Below, piece after piece: positions 37,918-51,147 of a stretch of 64,000 nt of DNA (positions are counted from its first letter, which is position 1; each line of letters starts with the position of its first letter). The notes beneath the pieces were generated by a model. It saw only the letters and a list, made by a program, of their open reading frames with translations, was not told where the DNA came from and made no database searches. The stretch covers positions 930,001-994,000 of the forward strand of contig CM022677.1 of NCBI GenBank assembly GCA_012295275.1, read 5' to 3'. The position numbers were made by a program, and so were the translations under genes. This DNA comes from Chrysomallon squamiferum. Its lineage: Eukaryota > Animalia > Mollusca.

Positions 37918-39238
37918 ATGGCTGGTCTGTCAGAGAAGAATAAGAAGAAAAAGAACAATCTTTCCGAGTGGTCAAGAACGGGAAGTTTTGTCAACAAACC
38001 AGACCACGGCTGGATCCACCCAGACCAGCAGCTTCAACCAGACGCAGGAATCTGTTACGGTGTCAGAGTAAGTCACGCTACTTTGAATTAATCTCACTGG
38101 AGTTTGTTACGGTGTCGGAGTAAGTCACGTTACTTTGAATTAATCTCACTGGAGTTTGTTACGGTGTCGGAGTAAGTCACGTTACTTTGAATTAATCTCA
38201 CTGGAGTTTGTTACAGTGTCGGAGGAAGTCACGTTACTTTGAATTAATCTCACTGGAGTTTGTTACGGTGTCGGAGTAAGTCACGTTACTTTGAATTAAT
38301 CTCACTGGAGTTTGTTTATTCTGAGAAACAGAAGGATTCAGAACAATCATGAGACATCAGTTAATGCATTTTGTATTTATTTGAATTAGACATTTCAGTT
38401 CTGTTCACTTTTTCTTTAGTGTTCAGCTAATTGTATTCAGTGTTACTGCATATAGCTTTAATTTTATTTTATTTTATTTCATTTTTTTTTCCACTTTTCT
38501 TCTTTGTTCATTGTAACAACTGCACCAATTTAAAGTGTTTGTTTTTGCAGTACATTGGATGTATTGAAATCAAAGAATCAATGAAATCTTTGGATTTTGA
38601 AACAAGGACTGCACTAACTAGGTAAATATTTATTTAGGCTGAATAAACATCAGAATATTTTAATATTACATCTTTAATGATTAATAGATCTTTGTCTCAT
38701 AATGATAATTTCATAAAAATTGAAATAATAATAATAGAAAAAAAACACAACTAAAATCAAGTTTAATTTTCCATTAATTTAACTGATCAAACCAACACAT
38801 TCAGGGAAAAATAGCGTGACTGTTGACATGAAGAAAAGAGTGTACTAGATGCTCTGTATTTCCTCACACTGGTTTCTACACAACCAGTCTTCTTTGTAAT
38901 CTCTCCTCACACTTTTCAGTACATGATGACACATACTGTTGAATCACACCAAGCAGATATTTTAATTTAATGACTACTTGTTGGCAACTGACAAAATGTA
39001 TTTTATATAAGTACACAAGATTATTTTGTTTTGTCTTTGTTTAATAGTACCAGTTTAATGTGACATATTAAAAATCTATTTATAATTAACTGTCTGATCT
39101 TTTTGTGTCATATTCTTTAGATGTTTTTTAAAACTTAGATGTTAAGAAAGGTTAACACACACATTGCCATACATACGCATGCAAACCCTTACATATACAA
39201 GTACAAAAGCTTAACATACACATACTTACACACATATA

Positions 39239-39276
<38 letters not shown>

Positions 39277-42200
39277 ACTTAAACACACACTTAAACACAT
39301 ATAACAATAACGACAAAGAAGGAAAAATAAATAAAAATGTTTTTATTCTTTCAGAGAGGCAATCAACAAGGTGGCAGAGGCTGCTGGATTGAAAACAGTT
39401 TCTAAAAAAAGAAAAGTAAACAATTTACCTATCAGCATATAAAATTAATGATATTAAAACAACTCTATATTTAGTTCATTTCTTATTTCTAAAATTAATC
39501 ACCCACTTATATGATCTGTTCTGTCTACTTTACTGCCAGAGCCATTTCTTTGCCTCTACAGCATTAAACATTATTACATTCACAGTTTATCAGAAATTTT
39601 ATTATATTCTAAAATAGTGTAAAATATTTTTTATTGTAGAATTTTAGTAAATGTCATTATGAACTTGTAGATATTTATAGTCAGTCTGCAGCAAATGGTT
39701 CACTTTATATTCCATGTATGTCAAATACAAAGTATTTACCCCCTGAGTAACAAAATATTATTACCATTTTGTTTCCAGGTGGAAAAGAAAATACTGAAAA
39801 TGATTGGAGACAATCCATACATGCTTCACGCTGGTTCTAATGTAAACATGACCATCACTATTGATGCCATAAACCTGATGGTCATGGAATCAGGGGAGGT
39901 AAGTTATGTGATACCTCAACCTCCTTTTTAAAAAAAAACTATTAAAATTCTTTAATTACTATCATTTTCTTTTTAAACGATGTATTTGCCAAGTGAATAG
40001 ATTTTTCAGTGACACTCAAATTCTCTGATGTCTGCTGCACCTCTTTACTTTGTACATTTAATTTTATTGTAATAATTATAGAACATGTCTCCAGGTCATT
40101 CTCTTATTATTATTGTCATTGTGTTATTGTTTTTTCTGTTCTGTTTATTTGTGTTTTCATTGTTGTTGTTGTTGTTGCTGATATTCCTGTTGTTATTTTC
40201 AGATAATTGCAGACCATCCAATGCAGGTTGTGTCATTTGCTTCAGGAGGTGATGCAGTAAGTTTAAAATTCTCATGTTTAAAAAAATGTATAAATCATTA
40301 ACCTAACTGTACAGATCTTTTTAAATAATCAGGAAATTTTGTAATGTGCTTTTGTGGTGAAAAATTTTGAGGACCGTGAAAAACGAATTTCATCTGATAC
40401 TGAAGTAAAAACATTTATCAGTCAAACCAAGCCAACAGACATTAGAACACATTATTAATCTTTATGTGAATGATCTAATATAAATATTGATTGTATAATA
40501 TGCTATACATTTTAGTTTATTAAATAAAATAAAATACTTTTTAACTGATTTGCAAAGTAACTGTACCAGGTATACTGTAGATCATAATAATCTGATCATG
40601 TTTTGCTTCAAGCAATACAGTTTTCACTGTAAAACAAAACTTTTGTTTTTAGGAAACTTTGGACTTTGTGGCGTATGTTGCCAAAGATGCCAGCAGAGGG
40701 CGTGCCTGTCACGTGCTAGAATGTGGAGGGGGCCTTTCTGAGGATGTTGTTACAACAATAGGCCAGGCCTTTGAGCTGCGATTTAAGATGTACCTCAACA
40801 GAAAACCGAAGGCAGTTCAACTGAATGACATGTGAGTGTGTAACATGAAACCTGTGTTTTTTATCCCAGTATCATCCTACCTTCATCACACATTAGTTGT
40901 CAGAAATAATAAAACTTGTGAAAATTATTCTGATTTAGAACAAATTGACAGTAATACTTTTCTAATTTTCTTTGAATTCCGAGGTGAAAAGGTTGTTACA
41001 CTGGTGAGAACTGGTTTTAAAACCAGGCAGATAACAGGAACAGAAACTGATAGCTGATGTGTTAGAATTAGTTTCTTAGTTTATACCACTTTATTCCTGA
41101 GAATAATAAAATAATGAGAATGATTTATACTTTTGTTTAAAAAGAAAATAATAATGATGTAAGTATTGATCAGTGAAACATAGCAGTTGTGAATACTACA
41201 CAACTAGTGTATGTAAATGTAAAGTTAGGGAAGAAATCATGAAAACAAGAGAAAACTGTCTATCCATGAACTTTTTTTTAGATATCAGTAACATTTTTCA
41301 CTAATAATATCAAATGAAAAATTATGAATTTTGTATGTATATGAACTTGAATCATGTATCAACAATTAAAATGATTAATTATAATCTGAAACTACATTCA
41401 ATAAAAATTTAAGACAATAAAATGAATTAATTTTAATTAATTTATTCTGACATTCTCTTAAGCATTTTTCAGTGTTGTGCAGTGGTATTTTAGAGAAGAT
41501 TAAATCAGATTATTTATTCTTAAATAATATGTTATCACATTCTTTTAAAAGTATTAATGTGATTTGAAAGTTTTATTCATTTCAAAAATTTGTAAATTCT
41601 TTTTTGTCTTTAGTCGTGATAATTCAGAGTTTGAAAATTCCAAATGGGGAGAAGAACGAGAATATTACAATGACAGGGAAGGAGCTAGCCCCCCTTCTCC
41701 CCCACCTGTACCTCCTATGCCAGAATATAACACTCCCAACAGTTTGCCAGTGAGTGTGTGTCCTCCATTTGTTTATTTATTTATTTATTTTATTTATTTT
41801 GTAAGTAATAAATTATTGAAAGTTCAGCAATAATTCACTGATTTTAAGCACATATTTTAAACTTATGTGATAATATTTTACCATAATTGCAAGAAACATT
41901 TAAATAAAAGAATAATGCCATGAACAATTGTTATAAATTTTTAAGTTTTACACATTTGAGAGAAAAAACATTTGATGGAATTATTTTTATAAATTTTATA
42001 GTTTGCAGTATTTTTTTTTTGTTTATATTTTTTTTTAATTCTTTTTTTTTTTTTTTTTTTTTATCCACTAATGAGAAATTTAAAATATTTGTGTTCAGGT
42101 TGGCATGTATGTGTCAGTAAAGGACAAATCAGAGAATGCTGTTTACTCAGAACCTACCAAACCACTGATAGACCTGTCAGACAGCAAAGTGTACGACAAC

Positions 42201-44424
42201 ACTCCAGGTTCACTTATTTTCTTTGTTAAAAATTAATACCAGTTAAAATAACTTTTTGAATACATATTAATTTGTCAAAAAAAAATTTCTTAAAGAATCT
42301 CTCTGGAGAATAAACAGGCACTGCACTTTTAATATTTGATAAAATAAACTGACAAATTTTATTATTTTATTACATCGTTTTTTTTAATGTAGTTAATATT
42401 TAAACTGTTTTTCACATCGAAGCATATTTTACTGGCTGACTCATGACTAAGTGCAATGTACTCTGCAGTGTGTATAAATAAATATTAGCAGAGCACCATT
42501 TTGTTAATAGTAGTCAGGTCTGTGATCAATTTAAATTGATTTATTTTGCATGATTTATACTTGCTATCACATACACATTATTTATACCTGTTTGTTTGTT
42601 TGTGGTACTGATTGTTCAGAAAGTACATCTATTTAAATTTAGCCAGGTTTACATTCACTAACACAACACATTGTTTACACCTGTTTGTTTAGGGAGTAAA
42701 TGTAATGGTGCTGACAGTGCTGAGTGTGACAACGTTTGTAATGTGTATGACAACAAAGGCAGTGATGTAACAGAAAACAAAGAAAACATCGTCTACGACA
42801 ACAAAGAAAACATCATCTACGACAACAAAGAAAACATGTCAGAAGAAGCATCCACTGGAGCAATTGACCCTTTTGATATGAGTAAGTAAACACTTTGATA
42901 TGAGTAAGTAAATACTTTGATATGAGTAAGTAAACTCTTTGATATGAGTAAGTAAATACTTTGATATGAGTAAGTAAACACTTTGATATGAGTAAGTAAA
43001 CTCTTTGATATGAGTAAGTAAATACTTTGATATGAGTAAGTAAACACTTTGATATGAGTAAGTAAACACTTTGATATGAGTAAGTAAACACTTTGATATG
43101 AGTAAGTAAATACTTTGATATGAGTAAGTAAATACTTTGATATGAATAAGTAAACTCTTTGATGTTTGGTGAACAAAACTCTTTGATGTATGTAGATAAA
43201 CTCCTGTTAAAAGTTGTTTGATATCTATGAGTACAGACTTTGATGTAAATACAGTGATGTGTGTAAAGTTTTTGGGCTGTATTTGTTTAAAGATAAATGT
43301 TAACAATTATATAGTTAAATGGAAATATATATTTATTTAAAAATAAATGAGAACATTTAATATTTCAGTGTGATTGTATATTTTCTAAAAAACTAACATA
43401 ATGATATTTAAGATTTAAATGTGACTGTTCCTTTGTTTAAAATGATGACATTTGTGTATTTAATAGTATTGTAGATCTGATTAAAGATAAAATTGTAATA
43501 TTTGTTGACAGATTCATTTGGAAGTACAGTCCCAGAGCCAGTGTCCAGTGTTGGACCAAATCAAGATAATCACAAAAAAAGTGAAAACTCTGCTCCCATC
43601 TTTGAAGAGTGGTTCCATGGGCAGTTATCCAGAAAAGAGGTACAGTGAAAGTTTTAATACACTCACACGTGTTCAGTGTAATGTGTAGTTAAAACTTTGA
43701 CATACAGAATTAATGAAATAACAAAAGATACATCAAACTAGTATGTATTTGTTAAAATGTCGCATTAAAAATATCCTTCTAATCTTTATGGAAGCAGGTA
43801 GTATATTTTGTTGTTTTATTTTTGTTGTATTTTTTTTTATTATTATAATGATAATAAAAAATATATATTTTTATTCTTGTAAACTGCATTTAATATTATT
43901 CATAATAAAGAAATAAAAATGGGTTTCAAATTAACATTTTTTTAATTTCAGGCAGAAGTGTTGTTGGTGGAAGATGGAGATTTCTTGGTTCGAGAGAGCA
44001 GTAACAGTCCAGGCCAGTATGTGCTGAGTGGACGACAGAATGGACACACGAAACACTTGCTGCTGGTAGACCCAGAAGGCGTGGTCAGTTTGTGTTTAGT
44101 AAAAAATTTAGAACATTTTGTTTTTAAACTGTCTTCTTTTCAATACATTGATGTGCTGTTTATTCTAGATAAATATAATATATGTTGTTGACTAGATATT
44201 CTGAGGTTATATTACATTTTAATTTTAATAATGATTAAGAATATCAAGATAAAAGTATTAAAAAAAATTATGTTTTGTTCTTTCAGGTACGAACAAAAGA
44301 TTTTATTTTTGACAGTGTCAGCCATCTTATTAGTTATCATAGACTGAACAACTGGCCAATCGTGACACAGGGGAGTGAACTACTTTTGACTCGACCAATC
44401 AAAAACAGTTTAACATCTTGTTAA
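37918..44424 (+). CDS. SHC1: SHC-family adaptor (PTB-CH1-SH2), 12 coding exons
   Basis: Exons 37918-38067, 38551-38621, 39355-39415, 39779-39898, 40203-40256, 40653-40831, 41614-41749, 42099-42207, 42693-42881, 43512-43639, 43952-44083 and 44287-44424. Motifs [74 protein letters not shown] and [16 protein letters not shown] likely non-coding first exon ends at cag|gtaagg (34015). Confidence 0.95.
38053..38316 (+). repeat. 52-bp minisatellite containing the donor of the first SHC coding exon (5 copies)
   Basis: Unit tgttacggtgtc(a/g)ga|gtaagtcacgttactttgaattaatctcactggagtt at 38053, 38105, 38157, 38209 and 38261. The first 15 nt are exonic in copy 1. Confidence 0.95.
42872..43163 (+). repeat. 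22-bp minisatellite containing a SHC splice donor (13 copies plus degenerate tail)
   Basis: Unit tttgatatga|gtaagtaaa(cac/tac/ctc) with exact 22-bp period from 42872 to 43136. The first 10 nt are exonic in copy 1. Confidence 0.95.
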
Positions 44425-47400
44425 ATGTTTTGGACAAATCTGAAGGGTATCTAAAGTGAAGCTGAACATACTGAATACAGAAAAATGAACAGTTTTATTG
44501 TGTCTAAACTTAAGAATATTTTCTAATAATGAAAAGCAATAATCTGGATCTGTGATTTTGTAAACAGTTCGTTTTAATAAACCTCTTTTGTCTATAAATG
44601 TTTGGTAAACTGAAACACTATTCTAAACCATGTATTTTGTAACAGAAAATCGTTTTTTTTTTTTTTTTTTTTCAGACATATTAGCAGAAGTAAATTGAAT
44701 GTAAAAAAACATCTTTTCTCTTAATTGTAACTACTTCCTCTGTTCTAAATTTTTCTTAGGTAGGAAATTAGCATGTACTATTTGTTTTCAGCCTGTTAAC
44801 TTAACACAGATTGGTTAGTTTGATTAATTCCATATATTAACAGCTTAAGAGTCAGTGATATTTTATTATATCTTATTTTTTATTCTTTTTCTCTTTCCAG
44901 TATTAATATATTATTTGTTTTGTCTCTTTATGAGTTTTTTTGACACAACACAGTGTAGTAAAATGAATGGTATTTTATAATAATCATGTACGCTGTTACA
45001 TTAAAGGTGAAATACAGGTATGTGAAGGTAAAATGTACATAAACACTAATTGTTAAGTTTATATTCAGCCTCTAATTAATGTGGAATCAGTTTTCAAAAC
45101 TTAATTCTTTATTATACAGTAACAAAATCTGTTGTAAATAGTACTTATATTGTTTAAATTACTGAGAATTTATTCATATCAAAGATCTCATTTTGATTTG
45201 TACAATTCATGTAGGTGGATACTAAATTTTAAGCTGATCTGTGTAAGTCTTCCAACTGTCAGTGATTCGGAGAAAACTTGATAGATTTTGTTTTTATTTT
45301 GTTGTTATTTATTTTAATGAACGAAAGAAAGAATAGTTGTCTTGTTTACAGATAAACCCAAATTTACGACTGGGTTACGTTTTGACTAACTCATCATTCT
45401 TCATTTTATCTGAACTGCTGAATGAGCTGCTGGACAGTATTCACAGTAAGGATTGGAAACATCTTTTTATTTATCTTTTCTTTTTGTGGTGGTTTATGAA
45501 TGGGCATAAGTCATAGAGGTCATGTATAATAGTTACATACAATGTAAACAGACTGACAAATACACTGCACTTAAGATAACTAATTACTCGTATTTAATTG
45601 TAACCAATCAGGCTTTACACAGAGACTGAAAATAAAACAGCGAGGTCTTAGTTGTGTCATGTTGAACATCAAAACATGAATTTTAAGAGGAACATGGTAA
45701 ATATCTGGATCACAGAAACAAAAACACAGAAGTGAGGAATACAATAAATATCAGATCCAGACAAAAACACTGTGTTTACCAGTCAGTTTTCAAATTATTC
45801 AAAATAACATCACCATGGTGATGCTGTAACTATTAAGAAGAGTGATTTTCTTATTTGTATAATTACTTAATCATATTTTTTATAAAATTCTTGTTAATAG
45901 TATTTTTTATTGAAAGCAGGTATTTCAGAACAAATCAAATACACATGTCCTTATGTCAAAACACACTTTTTAAAAATTTACTTATTTACTTATTCCAATA
46001 GTTGACATTATTGCACTGAATTTTCTGAAATGTATTCTGCCAGGTTAAACAAATTGGAAGAAAAATGTTTAATATAAAATTAATTATACAATTACCTTCA
46101 TTATTTATCCTGCATTCAGGTTTAGTAATAAAATATTTATTCAGTTAGAAGTAAAATAAGGAGTAAAAGACTGCGTAGAATATAAAATGTAGCTTCTTAA
46201 TCAAATCATTTATAAGGACACACGTTTTTTTTCTGTATACTTCTATAGTTTCATACTGATTTGGTAAATATATTAGTATTTCATTTTTAAAATGAGTATA
46301 TCATACATTAAGAAACAAATTTAGCATTTACTGTTTTTATTGTTGTCTTATCTGCCTGCTGTACTCTGACATAAACGTTTTTTGTATTAAATCTAATAAA
46401 TTTGCAGATTTTATGTAATTATTATTATATATATAATATATGCATGTTTTAATTTATTACCATTTTAAATTTTTTCAGTATTGATTAATATGTGTACTTT
46501 TGATGAATTTTTTGTATTTGTCAGTTTTTTTTGTAACCTATGACAGATGAAAAGCCAGAGAAAGAACTGAAGTTTTTCTTTGTAAATTATCATAAGGTTG
46601 TGACAAGGAACACTGTTTTTTTTATTAAATACACTTTTTTCTTTCTTTAACCATGCTCATGATGAATAAATTTTAATAAAGAAAGGTTTCATTAATGTAT
46701 AGAACATATTTTTAATCAGTGTAATTAATTGGCGTAGCCAATGGCAATTTGTTTTAGTAAGCAACATAGGGTTTTTAATACAAACTTTTGCAAAGCCAAG
46801 AATGTGTATCAGTTTATATACCGGACATAGCTGCTACAAGAAACAAATATCTTTCAGACATTAAATCTGTGATTCCATTATTGTCCAAGAAGCAGTTTCT
46901 TCCAAAAATATTTTGTTTCATACATCAGTAGTCAAATGGATGCTTGTAGTTGTTGCATTTTAGTGGGTTCATTATTTCAACTGTATCAAAACATGGCTTT
47001 TTTAATGCTTACCTTCATGGAGCTATAAACAAGATTAAATAAAATAATTTTACATTTCCTTACTGAAAGAAAAACTAATAAGGATTCATTTGTTTTTATT
47101 CAGCCTCAAAGAGTAGCCTGTAAATCTCACTTTCCCCAAGTTGAAAAAATCATTGCTGTTTTTGTTTGGAGATTCTATCAGTGAAGTGAGACAATGTGTT
47201 ATTACTCAATGACTTAATAAAAATCAACAAATCCAAACAAAGGTTCTTTAAACAGATTTTTAATAAGTGCTTCACACTATGGCTTTGCAGTGAGTTACAC
47301 TTGATTTTCGTATCAACTGTTTTCAGCAAGGTTTACACTGAATTACCTATTAGGGATCAGATGTCTTTGCAAAACAATTTAATGATAATGTTGAGGAAAT

Positions 47401-47519
47401 AAAACAGGATTTTATTACTAATTTCTACAACAGGTGGTATGTTATAACTTCTGAGGTGATTTGTCTGTTTTAACAGTATTTTATTATACATCATTGTCTG
47501 TATATCAAAGTAAAATGTA

Positions 47520-50353
47520 TTAAAATTTTATAACTTTGGTTCGATTTTTCTTTGTCTTTTGAGCGGTTTCTTTTTTCTCCTCATATTCAGCATCTACACT
47601 TTGATCTTCTGCAATTCGTTCAACAGTCTGAGAGGAAATACCTGACAAAACAAAACAGTTAATAATTAGATAATAAAAATAAGTTTATGTAGGAATTTTA
47701 TCTGACTTATGGATATTTCAGAAGACTGTTTTTATTAACAGAAATAATCATGTTTTATGGAAAGAATAAAAATGTGTGTTAACAAAACCGTTTCTAAAAC
47801 TCAGTGAAATATAATTGTTTTATAAGAAGTAGGATCAGTGGCAGAGTTCTCAGTGAAATATTTTGTTCTGAACGATCAACATACACGATAGATTACACCC
47901 CTTTCACTCCAGCAACTGCTGCACAAATATATATAATTGTTTTATCTTTGAGACACAAAACAAAAACCTAAAGTATTCATGTTTACCCTGTTCTTCCAAA
48001 TGTTGTGGACAGTCTTTCATGTAATGATCAACAGCACCGCAAGCACGACAACAGCCTCCTTGAAAAATACAACATTTTAACTTAGTTTTGTCATGAAAAC
48101 TTTAATTCTATATACTATATACTATATAGTGTGTTTAGTGGTACAGTGGACATATGAAATCAGTGAAAAAACTAATAAAATTATTACTTCTGAAAAAAAG
48201 AATGAAATAACAGTTGATAATAAAATGAATGAACAATCTAATACTAAATTAAGTTTGGGAAATCTGCTAAAGATATTTAAGCTGTTTGCCAGCACTGTCA
48301 CATGTACAGTTCAGATGTCTGTGTTTTGAGGTGGGTGTGCAGTTCAGACATAAACTAAATATTACTTACCTTTTGGATAAAGACCTCTTGGATTATCTGG
48401 ACACTGTCTGGTTATGTGTCCCATTTCTCCACAGATGAAGCATTTGGCAAAAGGGTATTCACCTAGAACAGGACAAATAACATTTAATAAAGTTTGTTTA
48501 ATCATATTCCTGAATAATAAAAAAATGAAATAGTTATCAGTTGTTTATTAAAATGTTAACATAGGTAGGATCAAGAGATCAAAGTGGTAACTTTAATGAG
48601 GTGTATTCAGGAAAAATAATAAATAATTTTGTTTTGTACAAAACACACAGGACTCTATTATCTGTTTTCCAGATAAAAAAACTGCTTTTTCTTGTTTGTC
48701 ACAGGAAATCTTTGTCTCAACAATCACTGTTGTTTTAGTCCTGTTTCCAGCATACCACGTGTCATCAATGTTAAAAATAATAAATATCTTCACAATGTCT
48801 GTGATGAACATGTAACATCTGATACCATAAATGAGGTGTTGCTCTTAATGCATAATGGTAAGTAAACCCAACATGAAGCAACCATTTCAAAAACAAGATA
48901 CCATGGAAAAAAGCCAATCAGTAGCCATGACATAAAACACTATTATTTTACTGAAGCTGATAACATTATGACTGAGTTGCTATACAAATAATTTTTTGTT
49001 CAAAAAAACTATAACAACAGTTTTATATTCATAAAAGATAATTTAGGTTACATCATTTGAGAAAATACAACCTACTGAAAAAAGAAATATTATTTTGTAT
49101 GAAACAAAGTTGACATTACTGACCTGGACTGAGTTTCAGAGAGCAGTTAGAGGCTGAGTGTTCTGTGGAGCCACACTTAAAACAGATCCCAGTGCCCTGG
49201 TCCGTCGACTCCCTCAACAACTCACAGTCCTGCATCTTGTGTCCAGGCTGCCTGCAGTTATAACACACCTACAAATAACATTTTAGTAAGTCCATCTAAA
49301 ATTCATCAGTTTAAATCATTTATTTAAAATACAAACGAAATATATAAATAATAAAAACAAAAATTAAAATGCATAACTTTCAAAAGTCCATTTCCAAATA
49401 AATAACAAAAATTAAAACTTTCCTACAAAAAAAATAACATTTTAATAAGTCCATCTAAAATTCATCAGTTTAAATCATTTATTTAAAATACAAACAAAAT
49501 ATATAAATAATAAAAACAAAAATTAAAATACATAACTTTCAAAAGTCCATTTCCAAATAAATAACAAAAATAAAAACTTTAAAAAATATAGTAATAAATT
49601 AATAAAATAAAAACAGTGTATTACCCAGACAGACCAGAAAAAGAAAGAAAAAGGTAAGACCACCCTGTCAGTGATACAAATAAAAGCTTTCTAGTTATTT
49701 AGCAATAAATATATATTTATAAAAACTGGTATTATTATGTTCATACTACTAAAATTTTAGATGTGAACATAATAATAAATGGACCAAATATTAGTGTGAA
49801 ATTAAATGAATAAACAGATGCACAAAGAACAAAAATCAAAATTCAGCTAGGTTAATTATTCACCACTAATAAATGGTAAAATTATGTATTTTGGTGAAAT
49901 TTGGAAAGTTTTTTGGACAAATGAAAGACAAGCTGATCTCAAAATTAAGTATCCTTCCCCAAATAATAGCAATAAAATAATAACTCTTACTTTTTCAGAC
50001 TTTTTCTGCTGAATTCTTTTTACTCTTCTGTGTTCACGTTTGGTTTCTTTATTGTAAACTTTAGCCAAATATCTCTCCTTTTCATCTGACCACTGTCCAC
50101 CTTTATTTCCAAATTTATTCTTTATTCCTGAATGTTTCAAAGGTGTTTTCCATTTTTTCTCTTTACTTCCTCTACCTGCTGATAATTTTGATTCAGTTTT
50201 ATTACTTTTCATGTCTTGTTTTGAAGATGAACTGTTTGTTTCATTTTTGTTTTTAGTATCTGAGTCTGACACATCTTTCTTCATTTCCTCCCACTTCGAA
50301 GCATCAAGTGGTTTCCTTCTGTTTGAATCCCCAGCTCTGGCCCACCGTGTCAT
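47520..50353 (-). CDS. ZCCHC9: CCHC zinc-knuckle protein ZCCHC9, 5 coding exons
   Basis: Exons 50353-49991, 49268-49124, 48462-48370, 48058-47987 and 47641-47520. Starts MTRWAR. Four knuckles: CYNCRQPGHKMQDC, CFKCGSTEHSASNC, CFICGEMGHITRQC(PDNPRGLYP) and CRACGAVDHYMKDC. Ends KVIKF*. Confidence 0.93.
49268..49580 (-). repeat. About 154-bp tandem duplication starting at the ZCCHC9 exon-2 acceptor
   Basis: cctacaaa...taacatttta(g/a)taagtccatctaaaattcatcag... occurs at 49268 and again at 49422. cctaca reads tgtag|G on the gene strand. Confidence 0.85.
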
Positions 50354-50422
50354 TCTGTCCTGCCAAAGAAATATAAAAAATGTATAATAATAATATTATT
50401 ACTGCTATTATAATATCAAAAA

Positions 50423-51147
50423 TAGTAAATATTTGAATTACGAGTTCCCCAACTTATGAGTTTTTCAAGTTAGGATCAGTTGCCCAGTCGATTTTTTGCT
50501 TTGAGTTGCAAGCCGAAATCTGAGTTACAAGTGAGTTTCAGATACGCTCTGCTAGTTGACGCAATGAACAACACAACATCCACCCAGCATCCCATGTCTC
50601 ACTCGTTAGCTTCATGTGGTTACCTTGCTGTGGAAGCATCTCTGTTGTGTTGTGCTCGCATTATGACCAGTATTTTGCCAAATTTCCATGGATCCTAAGA
50701 AAGTGAGTGCAAAGGACAGTGCTGAGAAGAAGCGGATGTGTCCATTGAATTAAAGCATAAAATCATAGAAAAACACGAGTGAGGTGTGCATGCAGTCAAC
50801 TTGGCTAGGCAGTATGAGCGTTGTACTTCTAGTAGAAGTTCTGAGGTGCACCATACTCAACCAGAAGAACTGATAAAGGCTAACTCCAGCCAAAGGCATT
50901 AAAATAATTTGTCTGATCTCCAAGATAAATACTTTACAAAACCAATTTATTTGTTTACATTCTCTTTTATTTTGTTTTTATACATACATTTTTCTTACTT
51001 AAAAACATGTTACAAAAAATTGGTGTGGGTTTTGGGGGCTGGAACAGATTAATGGTATTTCAAGTAATTTCAGTTGGGATATATGAATAAACTGAGTTAT
51101 GAGCTCGGTCATGGAACGAAATAAACTTGTAAGTCAAGGTACCCCAG
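50423..51147 (+). mobile_element. Internally deleted Tigger/pogo DNA transposon with an N-terminal transposase remnant, in the ZCCHC9 5'-UTR intron
   Basis: From 50688, across frameshifts: MDPKKVSAKDSAEKKRM / SIELKHKIIEKHE*GVHAVNLARQYERCTS / TILNQK...TPAKGIKII, a CENP-B/psq-type HTH. Right TIR gtaagtcaaggtacccca. Arms are homologous to 5264-5746. Confidence 0.85.

Noticed and set aside
37584-37997. Poly-I, poly-Y and poly-N ORFs (similar at 2729, 3759 and 57877-58186)
   Set aside because: Translations of (ATT)n microsatellites; only 37918-38067 is a real exon.
42813-43306. Three overlapping repetitive minus-strand ORFs
   Set aside because: The 22-bp repeat lacks stops on the minus strand; no evidence of coding.
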